Shown here piece by piece: positions 31,889 to 41,509 of a DNA stretch of 64,000 nt. Each line of letters starts with the position of its first letter. The stretch's first letter is position 1. The position numbers were made by a program, and so were the translations under genes. The stretch is taken from contig CAWEYL010000001.1 in assembly GCA_963813335.1 (NCBI GenBank), forward strand, positions 832,001-896,000. Reading direction: 5' to 3'. Under the pieces are notes generated by a model. That model did not search any database and was not told the DNA's origin. It saw nothing but the letters and a program-made list of their open reading frames with translations. The DNA is from an uncultured Chloroflexia bacterium. GTDB lineage: Bacteria; Chloroflexota; Limnocylindria; Limnocylindrales; CSP1-4.

Positions 31889-32773
31889 ATGAGCAACGCC
31901 GACGACATCCGCGAATTCCTCACCACGCGCCGAGCGCGCCTCACCCCGGAGCGGGCCGGCCTGCCCAGGTACGGCCTCCAACGCCGCGTGGCCGGGCTCC
32001 GGCGCGAGGAGGTCGCGCTCCTCGCCGGGATCAGCGTCGAGTACTACACGCGACTCGAGCGCGGGAATGCGCGCGGCGTCTCCGAGGGCGTGCTCGACGC
32101 CGTGAGCACCGCTCTCCAGCTCGACGAGGCGGAGCACGACCACCTCATCGACCTTGCCCGCACGGCCAACGCCGAACTGGCGCCGCGGCGGGCCGCTGCG
32201 GCGCAGAAGGTGCGGCCGACCATCGCGCGGATCGTCGATGCCATGGTCGACATGCCGGCCGTCGTGCGGAACGCGCGCCTGGACATCCTGTATGCGAACG
32301 ACCTGGGGCGCGCGCTCTACTCCGAGTTGTATCGCGACCCGCGCGGCCCCAACACGGCCCGGTTCACATTCTTCGATCCGAGGTCGCACGCGTTCTGGGC
32401 GGACTGGGAGCGTGCCGCAGCCGACACCGTGGCGATCCTGCGCGCCGAGGCGGGGCGCAACCCCTACGACCGGGCGATCTCCGACCTCGTCGGCGAGCTG
32501 TCGACCCGCAGCGACGAGTTCCGGGTCCGCTGGGCCGCCCACGACGTGAAGAACCACCGCAGCGGCATCAAGCGCCTGCACCATCCCCTCGTCGGCGACC
32601 TCACCCTCACGTACGAGGTGCTGGAGCTGCCGGCGGACCAGGGTCTGACACTGCTGACGTACGCGGCCGAGCCGGCCTCGCCGTCCGAGGAGCGGCTGCG
32701 CGAGCTCAAGGCCTGGGCGTCGACTCGCACGAAGCTCGTGGCGGTCCACCCAGCAGGGGACGCCACCACCTGA
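31889..32773 (+). CDS. XRE-family HTH regulator with MmyB-like ligand-binding domain
   Basis: EFLTTRRARLTPERAGL, GLRREEVALLAGISVEYYTRLERG, LRAEAGRNP, LHHPLVGDL. Confidence 0.92.
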   Translation: MSNADDIREFLTTRRARLTPERAGLPRYGLQRRVAGLRREEVALLAGISVEYYTRLERGNARGVSEGVLDAVSTALQLDEAEHDHLIDLARTANAELAPRRAAAAQKVRPTIARIVDAMVDMPAVVRNARLDILYANDLGRALYSELYRDPRGPNTARFTFFDPRSHAFWADWERAAADTVAILRAEAGRNPYDRAISDLVGELSTRSDEFRVRWAAHDVKNHRSGIKRLHHPLVGDLTLTYEVLELPADQGLTLLTYAAEPASPSEERLRELKAWASTRTKLVAVHPAGDATT

Positions 32774-32846
32774 CGTCCTCGGGTCCTTCGGCACTCGTCA
32801 GGTCGACGTTCGGACGCCATCCTCGGATCACGCGGAGGAGGACGTC

Positions 32847-33581
32847 ATGTCTGGCACCACGATCGACCAGCTGGCCCCGGACCGGGTCGCCCGGATCACC
32901 GGGGGCCTCTATGTCACCTACATCCTCGCGGCAGTGCTGGCGGACGCCCTCGGCCATATCGGGCTGGGGAGTACCGAGCAGATGTACCAGTCGATCCTCA
33001 CGGAACCTGGGTCGTTCCGGCTGGGCCTGGTCGTCGCCCTGGTCACGGGGTTCCTGTTCGTCATGGTTGCCTGGGGCCTCTACGTCCTGCTGCGACCGGT
33101 CCACCACACCCTGGCGCTGCTCTTCCTCCTGCTGAATGCCGTCGGGGTCGCCATCCAGGGCGCGGCCATGCTGGGACTGGTGTCCGCGCTGCTGCTCGGG
33201 ACCGGGACGACCAGCGTGCAGGCGTTCTCGGCGCCACAGGTTGAGGGACTCGCGTACCTCTCGCTCGACGCCTACAAGCTGGGCTGGGTCACCGCCCAGC
33301 TGTTCTTCGGAACGTGGCTCTTCCCGCTGGGGTACCTCGTCTACCGGTCCGGCTTCCTCCCACGGTTCCTCGGCGTCCTCCTTGTGCTGGACGGCATCGG
33401 CGTCATGGTCTGGTTCCTGCAGGCCCTGCTCTTCCCGGACTACCACGCGATCATCTACCCCGGGCTGGCGGTGAGCTTCGCCGCCGAGGTCGGACTGGCG
33501 CTGTGGCTTCTGGTCAAGGGCGTCAAGGCCAGCGAGGCCGGTCCGCGGCCGGCCGGGCTGGTCCCGCGACCCTTGACGTAG
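32847..33581 (+). CDS. DUF4386 family membrane protein
   Basis: ARITGGLY, LYVLLRPV, FFGTWLFPLGYLVYRSGFLPRFLG, EVGLALWLLVKG. Confidence 0.8.
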   Translation: MSGTTIDQLAPDRVARITGGLYVTYILAAVLADALGHIGLGSTEQMYQSILTEPGSFRLGLVVALVTGFLFVMVAWGLYVLLRPVHHTLALLFLLLNAVGVAIQGAAMLGLVSALLLGTGTTSVQAFSAPQVEGLAYLSLDAYKLGWVTAQLFFGTWLFPLGYLVYRSGFLPRFLGVLLVLDGIGVMVWFLQALLFPDYHAIIYPGLAVSFAAEVGLALWLLVKGVKASEAGPRPAGLVPRPLT

Positions 33582-33729
33582 GCGCCGTCGGGCCTCTCGC
33601 CCCCGATCCGGCCCAAGGGACTACGCGAAACGGGCCGAATGGCCGATGCCCGGCCCGTTCCTGCCATCCGAGACTGGACCGTTGTGTTCCGGGAGTAAGC
33701 GCCGCCTCGCGCGGCGGCTAGGGGAGACG

Positions 33730-34683
33730 ATGACGCTCGAGATCCACGGTCTCCGGAAGCGGTTCGGCGACGTACAGGCCCTCGACGACGTGACATTGAC
33801 CGTCACGCCGGGTCAGGTCTTCGGGTTCCTCGGGGCCAACGGCGCCGGCAAGACGACCACGATGCGCGTCGTCCTGGGGTTCCTCCGCGCCGACGAGGGC
33901 ACGGTCACCTGGAAGGGTCGCGAAGCCCACACCTGGCCGCGTCGCACGTGGGGATACCTGCCCGAGGAACGGGGCCTCTATCCACGGATGCCCGTCCTCG
34001 AGCAGCTCGTGTTCTTCTCGTCGCTCTATGGCATCCGGCGCGACGTGGCCCGCCGCCAGGCGCTCGACTGGCTGGCGCGCTTCAGGATCGGCGAGTACGC
34101 CGACCGGCGGGCGGACACGCTCTCGAAGGGCAACCAGCAGAAGGTGCAGTTCATCGCCACGATCCTGCACGACCCGGACGTGCTCCTCATGGACGAGCCG
34201 TTCAGCGGCCTGGATCCGGTCAATGTGGCCATGCTCAAGGACGCCTTCCTCGAGATGCGCGACCGGGGCAAGACGATCATGTTCAGCACGCACCAACTGG
34301 ACATGGCCGAGGAACTTTGCGAGTCGGTGGCGATCATCGACCACGGGCGGATCGTCGTGTCCGGTCCCACCCGGGACGTCAAGCACGCGACCGGTCACCA
34401 GGTCGTCCGGGTCGCCACCTCGACCGACGGCGACGCGAGCTGGCTCATGTCGCTGCCGCACGTGACGGTCACCCGGCCGGGCGAGGACTACACGGAGCTC
34501 CGGGTCGACGAGGGCACCGACCCGCAGGTCGTCCTGCAGGCGGCGTTCCAGCATGGCGGCGACGTCTTGCGCTTCGAGGTCGCCGATCCGTCGCTCGAGG
34601 AGGTCTTCGTCGAGCGCGTCGGCGCCCTCGACAAGGAGGAGCGCACCCTGGCGGCGGCAGGTGCCACGGGAGGCGACCGATGA
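33730..34683 (+). CDS. ABC-2 transporter ATP-binding protein (NatA/YhaQ-like)
   Basis: GANGAGKTT, GYLPEERGLY, LSKGNQQK, MDEPFSGLDP, FSTH. Confidence 0.93.
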   Translation: MTLEIHGLRKRFGDVQALDDVTLTVTPGQVFGFLGANGAGKTTTMRVVLGFLRADEGTVTWKGREAHTWPRRTWGYLPEERGLYPRMPVLEQLVFFSSLYGIRRDVARRQALDWLARFRIGEYADRRADTLSKGNQQKVQFIATILHDPDVLLMDEPFSGLDPVNVAMLKDAFLEMRDRGKTIMFSTHQLDMAEELCESVAIIDHGRIVVSGPTRDVKHATGHQVVRVATSTDGDASWLMSLPHVTVTRPGEDYTELRVDEGTDPQVVLQAAFQHGGDVLRFEVADPSLEEVFVERVGALDKEERTLAAAGATGGDR

Positions 34684-36005
34684 GCACGGTCTCGAATGTC
34701 TACGCCGTGACCCGGCGCGAGTTCCTGACGAGGGCGATGTCGCGAACGTTCGTCGTCTCCACGGCCCTGCTGGTCGTCGGCGTGGTGGCGATCGCCCTCG
34801 CGCCGGTGATCATCCGCTACGTCGACCGGACGGACGCGCAGCGCATCGCCGTCTGGACCGGTGCGCGCGACCTCGGCATCGACCCCGCCTCGTCGATCTC
34901 GGTGCTCCTCAACGCCCGATCGACGGCCGATACCCCGCCGGCGGATGCGGAACCCGATTTCACGGTCACTGCCGTTCCCGACCTCGCCGCTGCCCGGGCC
35001 GCCGTGACGCGCGGCGACTACGCGGCGGTCCTGGCCATCGAGCGTGGCGTTGGCGGCGATCTCGCGTTCACCCTCTACACGAACGAGGGCGCGACCGGAC
35101 GGGCCCCGGCGCTGATCCGCCAGGCGTCCACGACGATCGCGATCAGCGACCGTCTGGCTCGCCTCGGCGTGGCGCCGGCCAGCCAGGCCGGTGTCTTCCA
35201 GCCCGCGCCGTACGAAGTGATGTGGCCGGATCCGACCAGGGCGGAAGCGCCGCGCAGCCTGTCGGACGAGACCGCCAACGGCCTGCTCGGATTCGGGATG
35301 ACCATCCTCGTCTACATGATGATCATCATGTACGGGAACTGGGTCGCGAGCAGCGTCGTCGAGGAGAAATCCTCGAGGGTGATGGAGGTCATCCTCAACG
35401 CGGCGACACCGTTCCAGCTGCTGTCCGGCAAGGTGCTCGGGGTGAGTGCCGTGGCGCTCCTGCAGTACGCCGCGGTGCTGGTGGCGGGCTCGATCGCGCT
35501 CGCGGCGCAGGCATCGGTCGCGTCGGCCGCCCTGGGCGCGGGTTCCGCGAGCCTCTCGCTCCCGGCGGGCCTCACGTTCGGGATGCTCGCGATGCTCTTC
35601 GTCTATGGCGTGCTCGGCTTCGTGCTCTATGCCGTGCTGTTCGCGGCCGCCGGCTCACTCGTCAGCCGGCAGGAGGACGTCAACACGGTGGTCATGCCGC
35701 TGACCCTCATCTGCACGGCCGGCTATTTCGTCGGCGTCTACGCGGGGATCGGCCTGCTCGACATCCGCTCCGCCTGGATGCCGGCCCTGTCGCAGGTGCC
35801 GTTCATGAGCCCGTTCATGATGCTGAGCCGCATCATGGTCGGGGGCGTGGAACCGTGGGAGATCGTCCTCTCGATCGCGCTCCTCGTCGCAGCGATCGTG
35901 GCGGCGCTGTGGGTCGCCGCAAGGATCTACGCCGTGGGTGTCCTGCTTTATGGGCAGCGCCCGGCGCCCAAGGTGGTCTGGCGGCTGGTCCGGTCCGGGA
36001 TGTGA
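34680..36005 (+). CDS. ABC-2 transporter permease (NatB/YhaP-like)
   Basis: VVEEKSSRVMEVIL, LLSGKVLG, AAAGSLVSRQED, PFMSPFMM; ATGA overlap with the ATPase gene. Confidence 0.9.
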   Translation: MSTVSNVYAVTRREFLTRAMSRTFVVSTALLVVGVVAIALAPVIIRYVDRTDAQRIAVWTGARDLGIDPASSISVLLNARSTADTPPADAEPDFTVTAVPDLAAARAAVTRGDYAAVLAIERGVGGDLAFTLYTNEGATGRAPALIRQASTTIAISDRLARLGVAPASQAGVFQPAPYEVMWPDPTRAEAPRSLSDETANGLLGFGMTILVYMMIIMYGNWVASSVVEEKSSRVMEVILNAATPFQLLSGKVLGVSAVALLQYAAVLVAGSIALAAQASVASAALGAGSASLSLPAGLTFGMLAMLFVYGVLGFVLYAVLFAAAGSLVSRQEDVNTVVMPLTLICTAGYFVGVYAGIGLLDIRSAWMPALSQVPFMSPFMMLSRIMVGGVEPWEIVLSIALLVAAIVAALWVAARIYAVGVLLYGQRPAPKVVWRLVRSGM

Positions 36006-37273
36006 CGACGCCACCACGCGGGCCGGCCACGAGTGGCCGATCGGGTGGACATTGCCCGATCGCCGTCGTCCTGGTCGCTGCGCTCGCGATCACCGCCCTG
36101 GCCCTCAGCGCATGCGGCGGCACCAGCCCCTCAGGGTCCTCGCCAGTGGCGAGTCCCGCAGCGCCGGCAGCGACCGTCTCGATGGCGCCCGCCCCGTCCC
36201 CAGTCGGCTCGCCGGCCACCGCGCAGACCATCCTCGACACGGCGCGCCAGACATACGGGGCGCCGGGCGCGCTCGCGGTGATCCGGCACGGCAACGAGCG
36301 GACCTTCCTTGGCTCAGGCGCCGCCGACACCGCAGGGACGCCCATCTCCGAGACGACCCGCTTCCGCATCGCCAGCATCACGAAGCCCATCGTGGCGGCG
36401 CTGGTCCTGGACGCCGTCGCGCGAGGGGAGATCGGCCTCGACGACGTGGTCGGAGATCTCCTGCCCGGCGTCCTGCGGCCCGAGCCGCCCGTCACGGTCC
36501 GCCAGCTTCTCGACCACACGAGCGGCATCTTCGACGAGAGCAACGGCGTCGCGACGCAGGCGGAGATCGAAGCCGACATCGCGAAGCTGGACGACCCGGC
36601 GCTCCGCGACGAGGCGGACGCGACCCTGCGACAGGTGCTCGCCGGAAAGCGGTCCATCGCGTCGGACCGCGTGCTGATCGCGCTCTCGGAAACCCACGAT
36701 CGCCTGTTCGCGCCGGGGACGCAGTACGCGTACAGCAACATCAACTACCAGGTCGCGGCGATGCTCCTCGAGCGACGCACCGGGACGTCGCTCGCCGACC
36801 TCCTGCAGGCCAGGCTCGTCGAGCCGCTCGGGCTCCAGCGGGTGTCGATCGCACCGCCGGACACGGCGTCCCCCGAGTTCCGCGGCTACGGGACGTCCAC
36901 CGCCGACGGATCGCTCGTGGACATGACCGACGACCTGGGCTGGTTCGGCAACGGCGGGAACGGCGGGATCATCTCCACCCCCGATGACCTGCTCACCGCC
37001 ATGCAGGCGATCGTCGGAGGCAGGTACGTGCCCGCCGGGCTGACCAAGGCGATGCTGACCCTGGGCCAGGGCTCATACGGGCTGGGGATCGGCGGCTATC
37101 CGTTCGCCTGCGGCACCCTCTACGGCCATCAGGGCGGGGTGAACGGCACCGCATCCATCGCCGCCGCGTCCACCGACGGCAAGGACGGCGTCGTCGTCGC
37201 CTTCAACCTGCGCAGCGCCGGCGATCCCGACCTGGTCGGCCTCGCGGAGGACCTGCTCTGTTCGAGCAGGTAG
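36002..37273 (+). CDS. Serine hydrolase lipoprotein (beta-lactamase class C / D-Ala-D-Ala carboxypeptidase family)
   Basis: Lipobox LSAC, FRIASITK (SxxK), LLDHTSG, YSN, GHQG. Confidence 0.85.
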   Translation: MTTPPRGPATSGRSGGHCPIAVVLVAALAITALALSACGGTSPSGSSPVASPAAPAATVSMAPAPSPVGSPATAQTILDTARQTYGAPGALAVIRHGNERTFLGSGAADTAGTPISETTRFRIASITKPIVAALVLDAVARGEIGLDDVVGDLLPGVLRPEPPVTVRQLLDHTSGIFDESNGVATQAEIEADIAKLDDPALRDEADATLRQVLAGKRSIASDRVLIALSETHDRLFAPGTQYAYSNINYQVAAMLLERRTGTSLADLLQARLVEPLGLQRVSIAPPDTASPEFRGYGTSTADGSLVDMTDDLGWFGNGGNGGIISTPDDLLTAMQAIVGGRYVPAGLTKAMLTLGQGSYGLGIGGYPFACGTLYGHQGGVNGTASIAAASTDGKDGVVVAFNLRSAGDPDLVGLAEDLLCSSR

Positions 37274-37294
37274 GCACGGCTGTTCGACAAAGCG

Positions 37295-37753
37295 TCAAGA
37301 CGTCACCCGTGGACGCACCGTCGCGCCCCCGGACGGGTCCTCCAGGCGCCGGAGGGCATCGAGGACCTCCGCGACGATCCGGGCCATGGGCGTGAACGAC
37401 GACGCCACGCGGATCGTGGCGGACTGGCTCAGCATCGCGTTGTAGGAAGCGCCGCCGCTTGCCTGGCTCCGGATGTCGGTCCGGATGAGCACGATCGGCT
37501 TCTTGCCATAGGCGTAACCGCACTCCCAGGCAGTCCCCGAATCGGGATCCGAGCCATCCATGATCGCGACGAGGGCGTCCGCCCGATCGATCCCGTGGAC
37601 ATCCGTGGCGAAGATCCCTGCGGCGTCCATGCCGGGTTCCTGCTCCTGGGGCAGGAAGACCTCGTGTCCCCCGTCGCGAAGGGCTGCCGCGAGCTCGTCA
37701 TTCCAGGCCCGCTCCGCGGCCGAGAAGAGCGGCGCGGCGAAGTACACCTTCAT
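37295..37753 (-). CDS. Nucleoside 2-deoxyribosyltransferase family protein
   Basis: MKVYFAAPLFS, VFLPQE, DSGTAWECGYA, YNAML. Confidence 0.88.
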   Translation of the reverse strand: MKVYFAAPLFSAAERAWNDELAAALRDGGHEVFLPQEQEPGMDAAGIFATDVHGIDRADALVAIMDGSDPDSGTAWECGYAYGKKPIVLIRTDIRSQASGGASYNAMLSQSATIRVASSFTPMARIVAEVLDALRRLEDPSGGATVRPRVTS

Positions 37754-37893
37754 CGCCTTCCAGTATCGCTGAGGGCCGGTCTCCATCGTCGGCCGATCCC
37801 ACGCCGTGTGCCCTCCGGCACTGGCGCTGAAGCCCTGGGCAGCAGGACCATGGTCGCGGCTGCTGAGCACAGACTCGAAGGAGCGACACGACC

Positions 37894-38376
37894 ATGGTCA
37901 GCGAGACGATCAAGAACATCCCCAGCCTGTCGGAAGAGGGCGGCAACGGCTTCGAGAAGGCCAAGGCGGAAGCCACGAACGCGGTCGGCTCCGGGCCGCT
38001 TGACGAGGCGATCGCGCGCATCGTCGAGAAGATCGGCGCGAAGGCCGGTGTCCAGGCGGCATTCGGTCAGCCGGTCACGAACGGCGACGTGACGGTGGTG
38101 CCCGTGGCGCGCGTGCGCTGGGGCTTCGGCGCCGGCTCGGGCATGGGTCCGGATCCGAAGACGTCGGCGGACAAGGGCGCCCCGACATCGAGCGGGTCGG
38201 GTGCCGGCGGCGCGGTCGGCGTCACGCCCGTCGGATATCTCGAGATCCGCACGAGCGGGGCCGAGTTCAAGCCCCTCTCGCCGGTCACGCCCAGCCCGCT
38301 CTTCGTATTCGTGGGCGGCCTGGCCGCGTGGCTTGTCTTCCGCGGCATCGCGGGCATCATCCGCGCCGCTCGCTGA
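37894..38376 (+). CDS. GerW/YtfJ family protein
   Basis: AFGQPVTNGDVTVVPVARVRWGFGAGSG...GSGAGGAVGVTPVGYL. Confidence 0.8.
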   Translation: MVSETIKNIPSLSEEGGNGFEKAKAEATNAVGSGPLDEAIARIVEKIGAKAGVQAAFGQPVTNGDVTVVPVARVRWGFGAGSGMGPDPKTSADKGAPTSSGSGAGGAVGVTPVGYLEIRTSGAEFKPLSPVTPSPLFVFVGGLAAWLVFRGIAGIIRAAR

Positions 38377-38417
38377 CCGCCAGGCGACGAACATCTCCCG
38401 ACCACTGGAGGACATTG

Positions 38418-38612
38418 ATGCGTCGCCGATCCAGCCCACTGTGGATCCTGATCCTCGGTGGGACCGTCGCCGTCGCGATCGTCCTTGGCGCCGTTTGGGC
38501 GGTGGCTCCGGCGGACGCGCGCGGACTGTTGATGCTTGCCGGCGGGGCGTTGACCGTGGCGGTGTACGTGGTCCTCTACGCCATCCAGCGGCGCCGCCAC
38601 TGGGGTTCGTGA
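38418..38612 (+). CDS. Small two-TM membrane protein
   Basis: SD GGAGG; two hydrophobic helices; 64 aa. Confidence 0.55.
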   Translation: MRRRSSPLWILILGGTVAVAIVLGAVWAVAPADARGLLMLAGGALTVAVYVVLYAIQRRRHWGS

Positions 38613-40826
38613 TCCGGTCGACGCTCGTCGACTGGGTCGCCCTGGAGCGCCGCCCACACCCGCCCCGAGGTCATCGGGAGCTCGCGGAGGCGCACGCCCG
38701 TGGCCGCCGCGATCGCATTGGCGATGGCCGCCGGGGCTGGGAGGACCGGAGCCTCGGCCATGCCGCGCGCGCCGAACGGGCCCTCCGGCGCCGGGATCTC
38801 CAGCCAATGGGTCTCGATCGGCGGGAGCATCGACGCCCGAGGCAGCGCGTAGTCCATCAGCGTCCCGGTGAGCAGCTGACCGGCGTCGTCGTGCACAAGC
38901 GCCTCGACCAACGCCCGGCCGATGCCCTGGACGACGCCGCCGACCATCTGGCCCTCGACAAGCGCCGGGTTGAGCGCCCGGCCGACGTCTTGCACCGCAA
39001 CATAGTCCAGCAGCGTGACCATGCCGGTCTCCGAGTCCACGCGCACATGGACGAGGTGCGCCGTGGCGGTGGGGGCTTGCTCGGTGTGAGCGGTGGCGCC
39101 GTGGCCCTCGACCGGCGGATGCGGCGACGCCCAGGTCGTGGCCAGCTCGTGCGCCAGATCCGCGACGACGATCCCCGACGACGAGCCATCGCTGGGCCGG
39201 ATCACCCCATCGACGAGCTCCAGGTCGCGCGGGTCGATCTCCAGGTCCTCCGCGGCGATCGCAAGCAGTCGATCCCGGGCATCCTTGGCGGCCGCCCGGA
39301 CGGCAGGCCCGACCGCATAGGTGATCGCGCTCGCGTTCGTCGCGGGCGTCGGCGGCGCGCTGTCGGTGGACGGGACCACCACGCGCACCGCCTCGAACGG
39401 GATGCCGAACTCCTCCGCGGCGATGGCGCCGAGGATCGTCAGGCTGCCGGCCAGGTCGACGACGCCAGTGACGACCGTGAGCGTGCCGTCGGGCTCGAGC
39501 CGGCACGTCGCCGCCGCCGGCTGCATCGAATTGCGCCACACGCCGACTGCCACGCCGACGCCCTCGCCTGCAGGGAGCGCGTCGCGCCCCACCCACAGCG
39601 GATGGGCTCGGACCGCCTCGAGGCACTCGACGAGACCGATCCGGGGCCATCGGTCCTCCGCCGATCATCGGGTCGCCCTCGGCGACGAGGTTGCGCAGAC
39701 GAAGATCGATGGGATCGACGCCGAGCGTCGCCGCAAGCTCGTCGAGCAGGGACTCGAGGGCGAACAGGCCCTGCGGCCCGGAGGGAGCACGGTAGTTGCC
39801 GGACCCGAATCTGTTCGTCCGGACGCCCGCCGAGCGCACGTCGATCGCAGGCCATCGGTACGGGCCTGAGATCAGGCCCGCAGCGAACCACTCCCACGAG
39901 GCGTCGGGAAACGCTCCCGCGTCGTAGACCATGTCGGCCTGGAGGCCGGCGAGCCGGCCGTCGCGTCCGGCGCCGATCCGCAGCCGGGTCGTCACCGCCT
40001 GAGCGGGGTTCGTCGCCGCCATGTCCTCGCGACGGGTCAGCACCAGGCGGACGGGCCGGTGGAGACACAGCGCCGCGCCCGCCACGAGTGGCTCGATCAG
40101 CACCTCCTTGGAGCCGAACGCGCCGCCGATCGGCGGCGCCGTGACGCGGACCCGGCTCGGCGGGAGGTCGAACAGCGTCGCGAGCGTGTCGCGGGCGGCG
40201 AACAGGCCCTGCGTGCTCGATGCGACCACGAGGGTGCCGTCGTCATCGATCCACGCCGTCGCGGCGTGCGGCTCGATGTAGCCCTGGTGGACCCACGGGG
40301 CGGCGAAGCGGCCGTGGACCACCACGTCTGCGGTGGCGAGCGCGGCGGCGGCGTCGCCGTCAATGACGTGGTACCGCTCGAGTACTTGGTCGCCGCCGGC
40401 ATCGGCGACGGCCTCCGCGTCGAGGATCGGCTCGAGCGGCTGGGCATCGACGAGGACCAGATCGGCGCCATCCGTCGCCGCCGCTTCTGTGCGTGCGACG
40501 ACCAGGGCGACCGGCTGGCCCGCGAACACGGCCACGTCCCGTGCGAGCGGCACGGCGCGCCGCCCCTCGCCAGCCGCGACGCGGAAGTCGTTCGCGGTCA
40601 GGACCGCGACGACGCCGGGCACCGCAAGGGCGGCGGAGGCGTCGATGGATCGGATCTGTGCGTGCGCGTACACGGACGGCACGATCCGCGCGTGGAGGAG
40701 CCCAGCGGGCGCCGTCTGGTCTGCGGCGAAGCGTGCGGTGCCTGTCACCTTGGCGAGCGAGTCGGCGCGTGGTCGAGAGACCCCGATGACGCGGTAGGCT
40801 GCGCCATCCCCGCGACCTTTTGCCAT
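38576..40826 (-). CDS. Xanthine dehydrogenase-family molybdopterin-binding subunit (frameshift near 39650)
   Basis: KVTGTARFAAD, SVYAHAQI, HQGYIEPHA, IGGAFGSK, YRAP, QDVGRALNPALVEGQMVGG, GARGMAE. Confidence 0.88.
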
Positions 40827-40951
40827 CCGCGCATTGTGCGCCGTACCGCGCGCGTGATCACCTGGCGACTCGCGAAGATGGAACAAACCGGTTCGCTCCT
40901 GCCCCAGACTGGACAGAGTGGTCAGACGACCGCCGCGCCGAAGGTTGACCG

Positions 40952-41509
40952 ATGCAGCGAGACCTCGTGGTTCGGGCGCAGGCAGGAGATCTCGATGCCT
41001 TCTCGGCATTGACGGCCGGCACGACCGATCGGCTCTTCGGGGCCGCACGGCTCATCCTCCGCGATGACGAGCGCGCCGCCGATGCCGTGCAGGATGCGCT
41101 CCTCCAAGCCTGGCTCGATCTACGCGGTCTGCGTGACTCGGACCGGTTCGACGCCTGGCTGCATCGCCTGCTCGTCCGGGCCTGCTACCGCGCCGCGAAA
41201 CGGGGCCGACAGCGGGAAGTGGTCGAGCTCGCCCTCGACTCGACGCTGGAGCCGATGACGCCCGACGCCCAGCGCGTCGTGGCCGTGCGTGACCAGCTCG
41301 ACCGGGGCTTCCGGCGCCTGTCGCCAGAGCAGCGGGCCGTGATCGTCCTCCACCACTACCTCGGCCTCTCGCTGGCCGAGTCCGCCGAGGCGCTGGCGAT
41401 CCCGCTCGGCACGATGCAATCCCGTCTCAGCAGGGCGACGCAGGCGATGCGGGCGGCCCTCGAAGCCGATGAGCGACCCGCCGTGGGCGCCGTGGAGGTG
41501 GCCCGATGA
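40952..41509 (+). CDS. ECF RNA polymerase sigma factor
   Basis: RAQAGDLDAF, AADAVQDA, FDAWLHRL, LSPEQRAVIVLHH, LGTMQSRLSRA. Confidence 0.92.
   Translation: MQRDLVVRAQAGDLDAFSALTAGTTDRLFGAARLILRDDERAADAVQDALLQAWLDLRGLRDSDRFDAWLHRLLVRACYRAAKRGRQREVVELALDSTLEPMTPDAQRVVAVRDQLDRGFRRLSPEQRAVIVLHHYLGLSLAESAEALAIPLGTMQSRLSRATQAMRAALEADERPAVGAVEVAR

Noticed and set aside
37894-38376. GerW/YtfJ as evidence of sporulation
   Set aside because: The family is common in non-sporulating bacteria, and no other sporulation genes are present
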